64,000 nt of DNA from Promethearchaeota archaeon. GTDB taxonomy: Archaea > Asgardarchaeota > Lokiarchaeia > Sigyniarchaeales > SOKP01. The notes under the pieces are model-generated. The model ran no database searches, was not told the origin of the DNA, and was given only the letters and a program-made list of their open reading frames with translations. Shown here one piece after another: positions 50,307 through 59,311 of the stretch. Within the stretch, counting starts at the first letter, position 1, and every line of letters begins with the position of its first letter. The stretch is from the NCBI GenBank assembly GCA_048938005.1, contig JBHLMQ010000004.1:34447-98446 (forward strand), given 5' to 3'. The position numbers were made by a program, and so were the translations under genes.

Positions 50307-50978
50307 TTAGAGTTTAAGAACAGAAGTAAGTCTCATTAATTCTGGTCCTGTAGAATCTACGCCAAATATTCCACTTTTATCGTTTACTATTGCTCCTGAG
50401 CTTAAATATGGTACTCCACGGTTAACTGTTGATACATCAACTTCATCAACCTTTAAAACAGAAGAGATGTAATTAATTTCATCATCAGTCGATAGGGGAT
50501 GCACTAAACAACCATAATTATTGGCTAATGATATCGAACCAGGAAGGTAGTAATTTGCAAATTCGTAAACTACTGCCTCCACATTCAAAATATCCTCAAT
50601 TTCAGTCTTATAAGGTTTTAAAAATGAGCTAATTATCGCACCATTATCATTACATAAAACTAAATTTCCAAATGCATTATCAATTGACTTTAGAATTCCA
50701 ATCTGAATTGATTCATTCATATATGATTTTAAATTATTAAGTTCATCCTCTCTAATAATATGTGGTACTATAATTCCATATTTATTCGATACAGAATACA
50801 CACCTAATAAATTAGAATTATTAATAGTCAGAGGGTAAAATGGTTCTTCAAAGATATTTTTGAATTTTTTAAGTAAATGATTTAGCATTGTTGGAGGATA
50901 TAGAACATAGCAATTGTTGGCAGATAAATATACACCAATCAAACTTTTCCCAAATATCTGAGCTCTAAGGATTGACAT
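50307..50978 (-). CDS. eif6: Translation initiation factor 6
   Basis: GNLVLCND, GCLVHP, STVNRG, STGPEL. Confidence 0.94.
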   Translation of the reverse strand: MSILRAQIFGKSLIGVYLSANNCYVLYPPTMLNHLLKKFKNIFEEPFYPLTINNSNLLGVYSVSNKYGIIVPHIIREDELNNLKSYMNESIQIGILKSIDNAFGNLVLCNDNGAIISSFLKPYKTEIEDILNVEAVVYEFANYYLPGSISLANNYGCLVHPLSTDDEINYISSVLKVDEVDVSTVNRGVPYLSSGAIVNDKSGIFGVDSTGPELMRLTSVLKL

Positions 50979-51009
50979 TATAGAAACTTTTTTAGAGATT
51001 TAGTATGCC

Positions 51010-51471
51010 TTAACTTAAATAGACAACAACTAACCCATCGATGTTCTTGGTTGCCCTGATTTTAAGTTTCCTTGGAGGTTTTTGAATTCCTCGTTCCCAT
51101 ATTTTTTGATTTACCTCTTGAGTAATTACTAAGGATTCTGGCTTAAAATGGCGTTTTACATAATCTTTCAAATATCTAATTGCTTTTTTAGCACGTTTAT
51201 TTCTCGGACCTTTCCGCGCTTTTACGAGAGGAACAATATATATTCTCTCATCAATAATTTCTTCTTTAGGTGCCTCTATTTCCTCTATTTCTTCTTTTTC
51301 TTCAAGTTCTTCTTCAAATATTTCACTTATTTCTTCTTCTTCAGAAATTTCCTCTAAACTAAATTCTTCAATCTCTTCAATTTCTTCTTCTGATTCTTCT
51401 TCCATTTCTTCAGAATCTGTTAATTCTTCTTCTAAATCCTCTAAATTAATTTCTTTTTCTTTTTTTGCCAT
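51010..51471 (-). CDS. rpl31e: Ribosomal protein L31e with acidic N-terminal extension
   Basis: ERIYIVPL...RAKKAI...IWERGIQKPPRKL. Confidence 0.93.
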   Translation of the reverse strand: MAKKEKEINLEDLEEELTDSEEMEEESEEEIEEIEEFSLEEISEEEEISEIFEEELEEKEEIEEIEAPKEEIIDERIYIVPLVKARKGPRNKRAKKAIRYLKDYVKRHFKPESLVITQEVNQKIWERGIQKPPRKLKIRATKNIDGLVVVYLS

Positions 51472-51508
51472 TTTATTTCAATTTAGTATTTGATGATAAA
51501 AATATTCT

Positions 51509-51670
51509 TTAATCTCGTTTAAGTCTAGTATTCCTCCATGATCTTCTAGTATAAGGGCTAGATCTAACTCTGCGCTTTGTCTTCATAGTAATCCAACTTG
51601 GAATTGTTTGACTTTGCTTTGCTTTTTTAGCTCTTCGCAATTTGGATGGTAAATCTTTATTTCTTGCCAT
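51509..51670 (-). CDS. rpl39e: Ribosomal protein L39e (53 aa, below track cutoff)
   Basis: Manual translation MARNKDLPSKLRRAKKAKQSQTIPSWITMKTKRRVRSSPYTRRSWRNTRLKRD. Confidence 0.93.
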   Translation of the reverse strand: MARNKDLPSKLRRAKKAKQSQTIPSWITMKTKRRVRSSPYTRRSWRNTRLKRD

Positions 51671-51707
51671 AAATCCTAATCTCTAAAAATATTACTAATT
51701 CTTATAA

Positions 51708-52049
51708 TTATTTTTTTATATTAAATTCTTTTTTTCTGTCTAATGAAGAAATTTGTTCTAAAAGTTTTTTAAAAGCATTATCTGGTAAAGGTGTGGCCCC
51801 TCTTAATTTTCCTGTTTGAAATAATTGAATCAATTGTAATTCTATTTGTTCTGCAAATTGGGGTTTAACAATCCTAATATTTTCTAATCTTTGCCTTCCT
51901 TCTTGGCTCAATATTTTTCTCATTAACTGATATTTTTTGGTTTCAAACTCTTTTTGCTGAGCTTCTGCTATTTGTTGTTGTACTGCCTGTTGCTTTAATT
52001 CCTCCAGCTTTCTTCTCCTAATATTTTCTAAATCTTCGTCGTTACTCAA
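51708..52049 (-). CDS. PDCD5-like DNA-binding protein
   Basis: LENIRRRKLEEL...RQRLENIRIVKPQFAEQIE; conserved operon position. Confidence 0.9.
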   Translation of the reverse strand: MSNDEDLENIRRRKLEELKQQAVQQQIAEAQQKEFETKKYQLMRKILSQEGRQRLENIRIVKPQFAEQIELQLIQLFQTGKLRGATPLPDNAFKKLLEQISSLDRKKEFNIKK

Positions 52050-52073
52050 TCTAAATCCCTAAATATACAAGTT

Positions 52074-52499
52074 TTAGGTTTTATGTCTTAAGATTGAATA
52101 TGCCGTTCTTTCTAACAAACTTGTTCCTTCAACAGATATTGTCCTTCCTTCTTTTTCCTTTTTCTCAACTAAATTGGCATTTTCTAATTGTTGTAAAGCA
52201 ATTCTAATAATTTTGCCACTTCCTTTTGCCGAGTGATGCAATCCTGGGCCTTTTTTGTTTCTTCCACCATAGAATTTTCTAAGTTTATTAACACCTATAG
52301 GTCCAAATTTTTTTACTTTTCTAAGAATTGAAGCACATCTTATATACCAGAACTTTTCAGAGTCCATTGGGGCTAATTCTTTGAAAAAAGCGGTCTTCCA
52401 AAATTCTAAACCTTCAGGAGGCGAAATTTCAGGATACTCCCTTAGTTTTTCCGCTATTGCTTCGACAAGTTTTTCCGGTTGAACGACATATATAGACAT
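52074..52499 (-). CDS. rps19e: Ribosomal protein S19e
   Basis: KELAP..WYIRCASILRK...YGG...GSGKIIRIALQQLE. Confidence 0.95.
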   Translation of the reverse strand: MSIYVVQPEKLVEAIAEKLREYPEISPPEGLEFWKTAFFKELAPMDSEKFWYIRCASILRKVKKFGPIGVNKLRKFYGGRNKKGPGLHHSAKGSGKIIRIALQQLENANLVEKKEKEGRTISVEGTSLLERTAYSILRHKT

Positions 52500-52592
52500 G
52501 TTAATCTTTAATTCTATATTTCTTTATTAAATATGATACGTTTTAAAAGTCAGAATAAATTAAAAATTTTATCATTTTAAGAACAAAAGACG

Positions 52593-52862
52593 ATGTATAA
52601 CGAGGAGTTTAAAAAAGTAATGCTTGGAGAACCTCATGTCATTTTGGGTAAGAAGGGGATAACAGAGGAGTATATAAATCACATTCTTAAACTTTTAAAA
52701 AGATTTAAAATAATAAAAATAAAAGCTTTAAGATCCATTGCAAATAAATCAAATATAAGAGCATTAGCTTCGGAAACCTCAAAATTAACAGATTCTTATT
52801 TACTTGATGTTAGAGGAAATATTTTTGTACTTTCTTTATATAATATTAAAAAGTTAAATTAA
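52593..52862 (+). CDS. YhbY/CRM RNA-binding protein
   Basis: ILGKKGIT...IIKIK...DVRGN. Confidence 0.82.
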   Translation: MYNEEFKKVMLGEPHVILGKKGITEEYINHILKLLKRFKIIKIKALRSIANKSNIRALASETSKLTDSYLLDVRGNIFVLSLYNIKKLN

Positions 52863-52884
52863 AATAGCTCTCATGATTATTTAA

Positions 52885-53259
52885 ATGCCTAAAAGTAATA
52901 GAAATTATAAGTATATAGTAAAAAAAATTGCAAATTCGCGAATGCTTTATTTATTTCAAAGGGCTCATGAATTATTTCCTAAAAATAAAACTTTAGCAAA
53001 TAGATACACTTATTTAGCAAGACGTTATGCTCAAAGAGCCAAAATAAAAATCCCATTTGAGTGGAAAAAACGTATATGTCATAAATGTAAAATGTTCCTC
53101 TACCCTGGATTAAATTATAGAGTTAGAATGCACTCACATAATGGAAAGGGATCTCATATCTCCTTAACTTGTTTTGAATGCAATAAAACTACTAGATACT
53201 TCATTAAATTAAAAAATGTCTCTAATAATGATAAAAACCAACAAAAAGAAATTATTTGA
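52885..53259 (+). CDS. rnp4: RNase P protein component 4 (Rpp21)
   Basis: KRICHKCKMFLYPG...TCFECNKTTRY. Confidence 0.9.
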   Translation: MPKSNRNYKYIVKKIANSRMLYLFQRAHELFPKNKTLANRYTYLARRYAQRAKIKIPFEWKKRICHKCKMFLYPGLNYRVRMHSHNGKGSHISLTCFECNKTTRYFIKLKNVSNNDKNQQKEII

Positions 53260-53267
53260 AATAATAT

Positions 53268-53942
53268 ATGCCTTTAATTATTATTCTTGTTGAATGTGGA
53301 GTAGAATTAATACCTAAGAAAATAAGAAATCATTCTTCAGTTAAGAGAAATCTCTCCTCTAAGATTTATTCTTCTCAACTCTTAGATAATGCACTTCATC
53401 ATACGGCAATGATCAATTTACGCAATGCTGAAAAGAGAGGACGTCCTGACATTACCCACTTATGTTTATTGAACGCTTTAGGTTCACCTCTAAATAAAAG
53501 TGGGAATTTAAAAATATTTCTCCATACAATTCATAACAAAATATTCGAAATAAATCCAAAAATTAGAATTGCAAAGAATTTCAATAGATTTAAAGGGTTA
53601 ATGGCTAAGCTGTTAATAGATGGAAATATAGTAACAGAAACTACAAATCTAATATTACCATTTCAAGGAAATTTAAAGGAACTTATAACTACATTTGAAA
53701 GTTCTGAAATTATTTTATTTTCAAGTAAGGGTAATTTAATAAAAAATTATAAAGATTTATTTAGAGAGGATTTTACAAAAAATTACATAGCAATTGTAGG
53801 CGGATTTCAAAAAACCAGTTTCTCAAAAGAGATTCTTGATCTTTCAGAAAATTTAATTTCAATTTCACATTACCCTTTAGAAGCATGGGTCGTTATAAAT
53901 AAAATTATAACCTATTATGAACTGACTTATGAAATCCAATAA
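53268..53942 (+). CDS. nep1: rRNA SSU pseudouridine methyltransferase Nep1/Emg1
   Basis: LLD..H, RGRPDITH..LL, SPLN, NFNRFKGLM. Confidence 0.92.
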   Translation: MPLIIILVECGVELIPKKIRNHSSVKRNLSSKIYSSQLLDNALHHTAMINLRNAEKRGRPDITHLCLLNALGSPLNKSGNLKIFLHTIHNKIFEINPKIRIAKNFNRFKGLMAKLLIDGNIVTETTNLILPFQGNLKELITTFESSEIILFSSKGNLIKNYKDLFREDFTKNYIAIVGGFQKTSFSKEILDLSENLISISHYPLEAWVVINKIITYYELTYEIQ

Positions 53943-53984
53943 AATAACTAAAGTTAAAAGAAATGGTGCTTTTTTTCATTATAA

Positions 53985-54087
53985 GCGTCGCTAGTCTAGG
54001 GGTAAGGATTCCGGCCTTCCAAGCCGGTGACCCGGGAAGATAATTCTGTTTCAGAATTTTTCGGGATTTCGATTCCCGGGCGACGCA
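53985..54087 (+). tRNA. tRNA-Gly(TCC) with a 31-nt intron at 53/54 (54037-54067)
   Basis: Acceptor GCGTCGC/GCGACGC, anticodon arm CCGGC-CTTCCAA-GCCGG, T arm CCGGG|TTCGATT-CCCGG; 72 nt after splicing. Confidence 0.93.
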
Positions 54088-54152
54088 TTCCTTCAAGGAA
54101 TAAATACTTTGTTCTAAAATCTATATGGCAGTAAATATTATGTATTAAATTT

Positions 54153-54185
54153 TCGTGAAAGGATGGTTTCACGATCTTTTTTTTC
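54153..54185 (+). terminator. Hairpin followed by a T-run downstream of tRNA-Gly
   Basis: TCGTGAAA-GGATGG-TTTCACGA then TCTTTTTTTT. Confidence 0.45.
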
Positions 54186-54423
54186 AAAATCTCTCAGAGT
54201 AAATTATACTTATTTTTCAAAAAGCAAAAGGTTAAATGTACATATTTGTATGTTATTGTTGAAAAAACGCCCAGCAAATATAAACCATTCCATATTATGA
54301 TCACTTCTTTGTTTGTATTAAAAAGGCGTTTTTTCACTTCTTTTGAAATTTTTATCTTTTTCTTTCATTAATCTTAAATTCTTTATTTTACTATTGACCA
54401 ATACTAAAATATAACTCGATATA

Positions 54424-55551
54424 ATGGTCAAATATATTTATAAAGAATTCAAAACAACTTTAAATAAATTAAAATATCCAGATTCATGGTTTTGGTCGCG
54501 ATATACTTTAAATACTTATTCTGGATGTGCTCATGCTTGTATATATTGTGATGCGCGAAGTCAGCGATATTATTTAGAAGATTTTGAAAATGAAGTTATA
54601 ATCAAAACTGATTTTGACAAAAAGTTAGATCAGAGACTTAAAAGGGCTCGAACGTTATTACCTGATGTTATTGCCCCTGGTGGAGTAAATGACGCTTATC
54701 AACCAATTGAAAAGAAAATAGAACACACTAGAAAAGTCTTTCAAGTTATCTCAAAACATAAATTTCCAATTAATATCGCTACTAAATCAAAAATAGTTAC
54801 TCGAGATATAGATATTCTTAAACAAATCGCTAATGATACTTGGTGCACGGTAGGGTTTTCCATATCAACTACAAATGAAGAATTAGCGAAGTTTTTAGAA
54901 CCATATTCATCTCCACCTTCAGAACGACTTGAAGCATTAAAAACAATAAAGAAGGATGCTCCAGAGATTCATACAGGTACATATTTCATCCCTATCATCC
55001 CATTTTTAGAAGATGATGATGAAAATTTAGAAGATGTATTTAAAAAAACTAAACAGACGGGAGCAGATTTTATATTAATTAGTCCTGGATTAACAATGAG
55101 AGATCAACAAGCAGAATATTTCATTAAAAAACTTAAAAACAGTGATTATAAATATGTGGTAAAACCCCTTCTTAATTTATATAAAGGTGAGATGCATCCA
55201 TCAAGCGGTTATTACAAAAAAATGCATTCAAAATTGCTCGATTTAGCACAGAAGTATCAATTACCTCTTCGTATAAATAGGTGGATTCCTAAAGATTTTA
55301 GACAATACAATTATAAAATTTCAGAGATTTTGTTAAATAAGGAGTATTTAGATCATATAACTGCAGGGAAATCAAATAACACATTAAAATGGGCTGGATT
55401 AAAGCTCAATAATCTCAAGGAATCAATATATAACATATATAAGAATGATAAAATTTATGAATTGGAAGGTTTTTATAAAAAGGAAATTGAATTGATTGTT
55501 CCCTATTTAGAAAAGATTGAAAAAAAAACTAATTTGGATAAATTTTTATAA
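54424..55551 (+). CDS. Radical SAM protein, SplB-like/Rv2578c family (putative DNA repair)
   Basis: YSGCAHACIYC, DAYQP.E, TKS, RDID; adjacent AlkD-like gene. Confidence 0.87.
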   Translation: MVKYIYKEFKTTLNKLKYPDSWFWSRYTLNTYSGCAHACIYCDARSQRYYLEDFENEVIIKTDFDKKLDQRLKRARTLLPDVIAPGGVNDAYQPIEKKIEHTRKVFQVISKHKFPINIATKSKIVTRDIDILKQIANDTWCTVGFSISTTNEELAKFLEPYSSPPSERLEALKTIKKDAPEIHTGTYFIPIIPFLEDDDENLEDVFKKTKQTGADFILISPGLTMRDQQAEYFIKKLKNSDYKYVVKPLLNLYKGEMHPSSGYYKKMHSKLLDLAQKYQLPLRINRWIPKDFRQYNYKISEILLNKEYLDHITAGKSNNTLKWAGLKLNNLKESIYNIYKNDKIYELEGFYKKEIELIVPYLEKIEKKTNLDKFL

Positions 55552-55593
55552 TATTATATTAGTGAAATGCTTTCAAAAACAGACTGATTTTAA

Positions 55594-56343
55594 ATGGTAG
55601 AAATCGATAAAGTCATTTCAGAAATAAAAACTTCACTAGATAATCAAAAGTCTATTTTATCTGAAGATCAAATAAGTAGAATGTATAAAATAATAAATCC
55701 AGATATTAATGATTATATTATTTTAGGTGTAAGAACTGCTGAAATAGAGAAAATCGCTAGGAATGCTCAAAATAAATATAATCCTTTATTTGATGACGCA
55801 AAAGAAATATTTAAAATTCTGGCAAAATCTAATGTGGAGGAATATAAATTTGCGTCTTTTTTCTTTCTCAATAGGTATAAAAAATTATTTACTAATTCTA
55901 TCCCTGAATTTTTTAAAACTGAGTTTTACCCTTATTGTCACACTTGGAGTACATGTGACAGTAGCTGCATAAGAGTTTTAGGACCATTCCTCGCAAAAAA
56001 AAAGAATGAACAACTAGCTAAAATCACTATTAATAAATGGGCTCAAAATGAATCACTATGGATAAAACGAGCTTCTATAGTAATACTTTTGAAAATAATT
56101 ATGGTTCATAAAGAGTTTAACGAGAGATATGTGTTTCACAAAGTAGAAGAAATGCTGAATTTTTCGACCGAAAATTATATTGAAAAGGGAATCGGTTGGC
56201 TCCTAAAAACTTGTTCAAAATATAATCCTGATTCAATTTTCGATTACTTAATGAAAAATAAAAATAGATTACCTCGTCTAATACTCAGGTACGCAAGTGA
56301 AAAATTGCCAAAAGGAAAAAGAGCATTAATTTTAGAAAAATAA
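55594..56343 (+). CDS. DNA alkylation repair protein (AlkD-like, HEAT repeats)
   Basis: TWSTCD, WIKRAS, KGIGWLLK, LRYASEK. Confidence 0.87.
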   Translation: MVEIDKVISEIKTSLDNQKSILSEDQISRMYKIINPDINDYIILGVRTAEIEKIARNAQNKYNPLFDDAKEIFKILAKSNVEEYKFASFFFLNRYKKLFTNSIPEFFKTEFYPYCHTWSTCDSSCIRVLGPFLAKKKNEQLAKITINKWAQNESLWIKRASIVILLKIIMVHKEFNERYVFHKVEEMLNFSTENYIEKGIGWLLKTCSKYNPDSIFDYLMKNKNRLPRLILRYASEKLPKGKRALILEK

Positions 56344-56543
56344 CAGATTCACATAAAAAAGACAAAATCCTTTTGTATATAAACCTATTAGGAATGAATT
56401 TACAATTTCTGATCTCGCAAACTTTTGGACTTTAAATACCTATAGCAGACACATATGAAAAAACTTTATATGATATTTTTTCCTTTTTAAATTACGAATT
56501 TTGATATTTTAAAATAGTTTAGCATATCAAAATTTTCATCATT

Positions 56544-56705
56544 GGCAAGGTGGCGTAGAGGTTCTTCGCTTTCTGAAGATCTGCGAAACCCGGGAACGCA
56601 CCAGATCTATCGAATAAATCGATACAGGTGATACTGAAGATCTGGGTATCGTGGGTTCAAAAAAAAAGTTCCTTTCGAGCTTTTTAGAAATTCCCACCCT
56701 TGCCA
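56544..56705 (+). tRNA. tRNA-Phe(GAA) with three introns (about 56559-56588, 56605-56632, 56662-56691)
   Basis: Acceptor GGCAAGG/CCTTGCC, D stem GCGT/ACGC, anticodon arm CCAG|A-CTGAAGA-TCTGG, T arm GTGGG-TTCAAA|T-CCCAC; 74 nt after splicing. Confidence 0.9.
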
Positions 56706-56859
56706 AACTTAATAAATTTGTATATTTATTTCAATCTTTGTTTTAAATTATCTACCATTTCTTTGGCATAATTATCTTTTGATTTTTTGTAAATACCTCC
56801 ATCTTATCTTTCTAATAAAGATTTAAAAAAGACTTTTAATTTACAAGTTTAGATTTAAA

Positions 56860-58053
56860 ATGAGATATGATTTTGATAGAATAATTGACTGTTCTGAAAC
56901 TAATTCACTTAAATGGGATAAACACTCTCTTAGAGAACATTTTAAAACCGATGTGGTTTTGCCTTTCTGGGTTGCTGATATGGATTTTCAATGTCCTCAA
57001 CCAGTTGTTGATGCTGTAAAAAAGAGAGTAGTTCAAGAAATTTTTGGATATAGTTGGCATAAAACACCCTCTTATTTAAATGCCGTAGCAAATTGGATGA
57101 GACGAAGACATAAATGGGAAATTGATACTGATTGGATAGTATACAGTCCTGGCATAGTACCCGCTACTTGTATGTTAATTCAAACTTTTTCTAATATCGG
57201 AGAGAAAATAATTATCCAGCCACCAGTTTATTATCCTTTTTTTACAGCGATACAAAGCAATGGGCGTAAACTGTTAACCAATCAATTACATTATGAAAAT
57301 AAGAAATATACTATTGATTTTGATGATTTTGAAAAGAAAGCTAAAGATCCTCTGACGAAGATGTTTATTCTCTGTAGTCCTCATAATCCTGTAGGACGCG
57401 TGTGGACTGAAAAAGAACTAAGAAGGCTTGGAGATATTTGCTTAGAAAATGATATTTTGATAGTTTCAGACGAAATTCATCACGATTTAATCCTTTCAGG
57501 GTATAGACACACTCTATTTTCCACAATATCAGAAGAATTTGAGAAAAATACAATTATATGCACTGCACCAAGTAAGACATTTAATATGGCAGGATTACAA
57601 ATTTCTAATATCATAATTCCGGATGAAAAGATGAGAGCATCATTCACTAATACCATACTTAACAGGAATGGTCTGATGACTCCAAATGCTTTTGGTATTG
57701 TTGCCTTAATAGCGGCCTACAATGATGGTGAAGAATGGTTGAGCCAAGTATTGGAATATATTGAAGCTAATTTCAAGTTTCTAAAAGAATTCGTTTATGA
57801 AAACCTCCCAGACGTTGACTTTATAGATCCTGAAGGAACATATCTAGCTTGGTTAGATTTTAGTAAATTGGGAATGGATGGCCAAAATCTTCGTGAATTT
57901 ATGCTTAAGCAAGCAAAAGTTGCCTTAGATGATGGAAAAATATTTGGACCAGGTGGAGAAGGATTCGAAAGAATAAATGTAGCGTGCCCAAGATCGCTCT
58001 TAAAAGAGTGTATGATTAGAATCGTAAATGCTTTAAAAGAGAAATCTATATAA
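56860..58053 (+). CDS. MalY/PatB-family PLP-dependent C-S lyase
   Basis: WVADMDF, CSPHNPVGRVW, SDEIH, APSKTFN, EGTYLAWLD. Confidence 0.93.
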   Translation: MRYDFDRIIDCSETNSLKWDKHSLREHFKTDVVLPFWVADMDFQCPQPVVDAVKKRVVQEIFGYSWHKTPSYLNAVANWMRRRHKWEIDTDWIVYSPGIVPATCMLIQTFSNIGEKIIIQPPVYYPFFTAIQSNGRKLLTNQLHYENKKYTIDFDDFEKKAKDPLTKMFILCSPHNPVGRVWTEKELRRLGDICLENDILIVSDEIHHDLILSGYRHTLFSTISEEFEKNTIICTAPSKTFNMAGLQISNIIIPDEKMRASFTNTILNRNGLMTPNAFGIVALIAAYNDGEEWLSQVLEYIEANFKFLKEFVYENLPDVDFIDPEGTYLAWLDFSKLGMDGQNLREFMLKQAKVALDDGKIFGPGGEGFERINVACPRSLLKECMIRIVNALKEKSI

Positions 58054-58080
58054 TTCCTTACGTCAAGGATTATAAAAAAT

Positions 58081-58599
58081 CTAATAAACTGATAATGTCT
58101 GGTTCCGTCTTGAATCCTTATCTATAAAATCCTTAAATTTTTCATGGTTTTCATCTATAAATTCCCAAAATTCATCATATATTTCTTCAAGGGTCATTTT
58201 GTTTTGATGAGAAGGCTTTTTTTGATATTCATTTTTTTTGCTTTTAGTGTTTTTTGGTTTATATTCAAGGTAATTCCCTTCTAGAATTAAATTTTCATAA
58301 AGTTCATCATCATTTTGTTTGAAACTTCTGAGATTTGAAAAATCTTCTCGATTCGATTTATTTTCAATTTCAAAATCTACTCGTTGATATCCTCGAACCT
58401 GAAAATTCTTATCTACAAATGCTTGGAATTGATGTTCACATACCAATCCTCGTGCTATTGACATTGTAGTTAATTGTTTTGCTTCTTCAATAACAGATTT
58501 AGGAATTTCTAATGATTTTTTAGATTTACACACTGGACAAATAAAATGAATCTTCGAAGTGTTAATATTTACATTGCCTTCAGCTTTAGTAATTGCCAT
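58081..58599 (-). CDS. Hypothetical Zn-binding protein
   Basis: CPVC...CEHQFQAFVDKNFQVRGYQRVD motif. Confidence 0.7.
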   Translation of the reverse strand: MAITKAEGNVNINTSKIHFICPVCKSKKSLEIPKSVIEEAKQLTTMSIARGLVCEHQFQAFVDKNFQVRGYQRVDFEIENKSNREDFSNLRSFKQNDDELYENLILEGNYLEYKPKNTKSKKNEYQKKPSHQNKMTLEEIYDEFWEFIDENHEKFKDFIDKDSRRNQTLSVY

Positions 58600-58719
58600 T
58601 ATGACACCTTCTTGAGTTCATCTAAAATAAATAATAAAAACCCCATTTATTTCTTAAAGAAAGGGATGAGATTTAAGAAAAGAGACATTACCTATTAAGT
58701 AATTTATTAATTATCCAAA

Positions 58720-59262
58720 TTAGGTATTATTCGGATCAAATTTAATATCCATGTTTCTTTCATCCAATTCAAAATTGATTTCTAAATTTGACACTAAAGC
58801 GCTTTCAATTTTAAAATGGTGCTCGCCTTCTGTAAATTTCTTTAAAGAGTCCTCATTTAATTTTATTAAAATACTAATACTATCATTTAAATTAATGGTT
58901 CTACCACTTAATTTACCTTCCATAACATCATTTAAATTAAAGGACTCTCCTTTATGGTAAATCAATATACGATTCTTTATAATATCTAGATTTACACTTT
59001 CTTTAGAAAAATTTAATTCTATATTATCTAAGAAAAATTTAGCATATTTAGAAAAATCAAGATCATCAGGAACAAATTTTTTTGAACTGAAATCTCCTAT
59101 TTCAATTTCTTCAGGAATCACGAATGGTATAATTAGATTTAGAATTTTTATCTGAATTGAATCTGTTTTTCCATCACCAGTAGTATCTACTGTAAAAACA
59201 CTTTCTTTTGGAGGAAAAATTTTCCTTATTAATACTTTAAAAGCAGATAAGTCAAATGGAAT
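58720..59262 (-). CDS. Hypothetical protein (frame open to ATT at 59262; track start is GTG 59121)
   Basis: 47 extra in-frame codons (IPFDLSAFKVLIRKIFPPKESVFTVDTTGDGKTDSIQ...) upstream of 59121. Confidence 0.65.
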   Translation of the reverse strand: MPFDLSAFKVLIRKIFPPKESVFTVDTTGDGKTDSIQIKILNLIIPFVIPEEIEIGDFSSKKFVPDDLDFSKYAKFFLDNIELNFSKESVNLDIIKNRILIYHKGESFNLNDVMEGKLSGRTINLNDSISILIKLNEDSLKKFTEGEHHFKIESALVSNLEINFELDERNMDIKFDPNNT

Positions 59263-59311
59263 AAGCTATCAACCTATTTTTTTTTCTATAGATATTATAA
59301 GTTTTATTAAT

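Noticed and set aside
53905-54187. Minus-strand 63-aa ORFs in the track
   Set aside because: They are antisense to the tRNA-Gly gene and are shadow ORFs.
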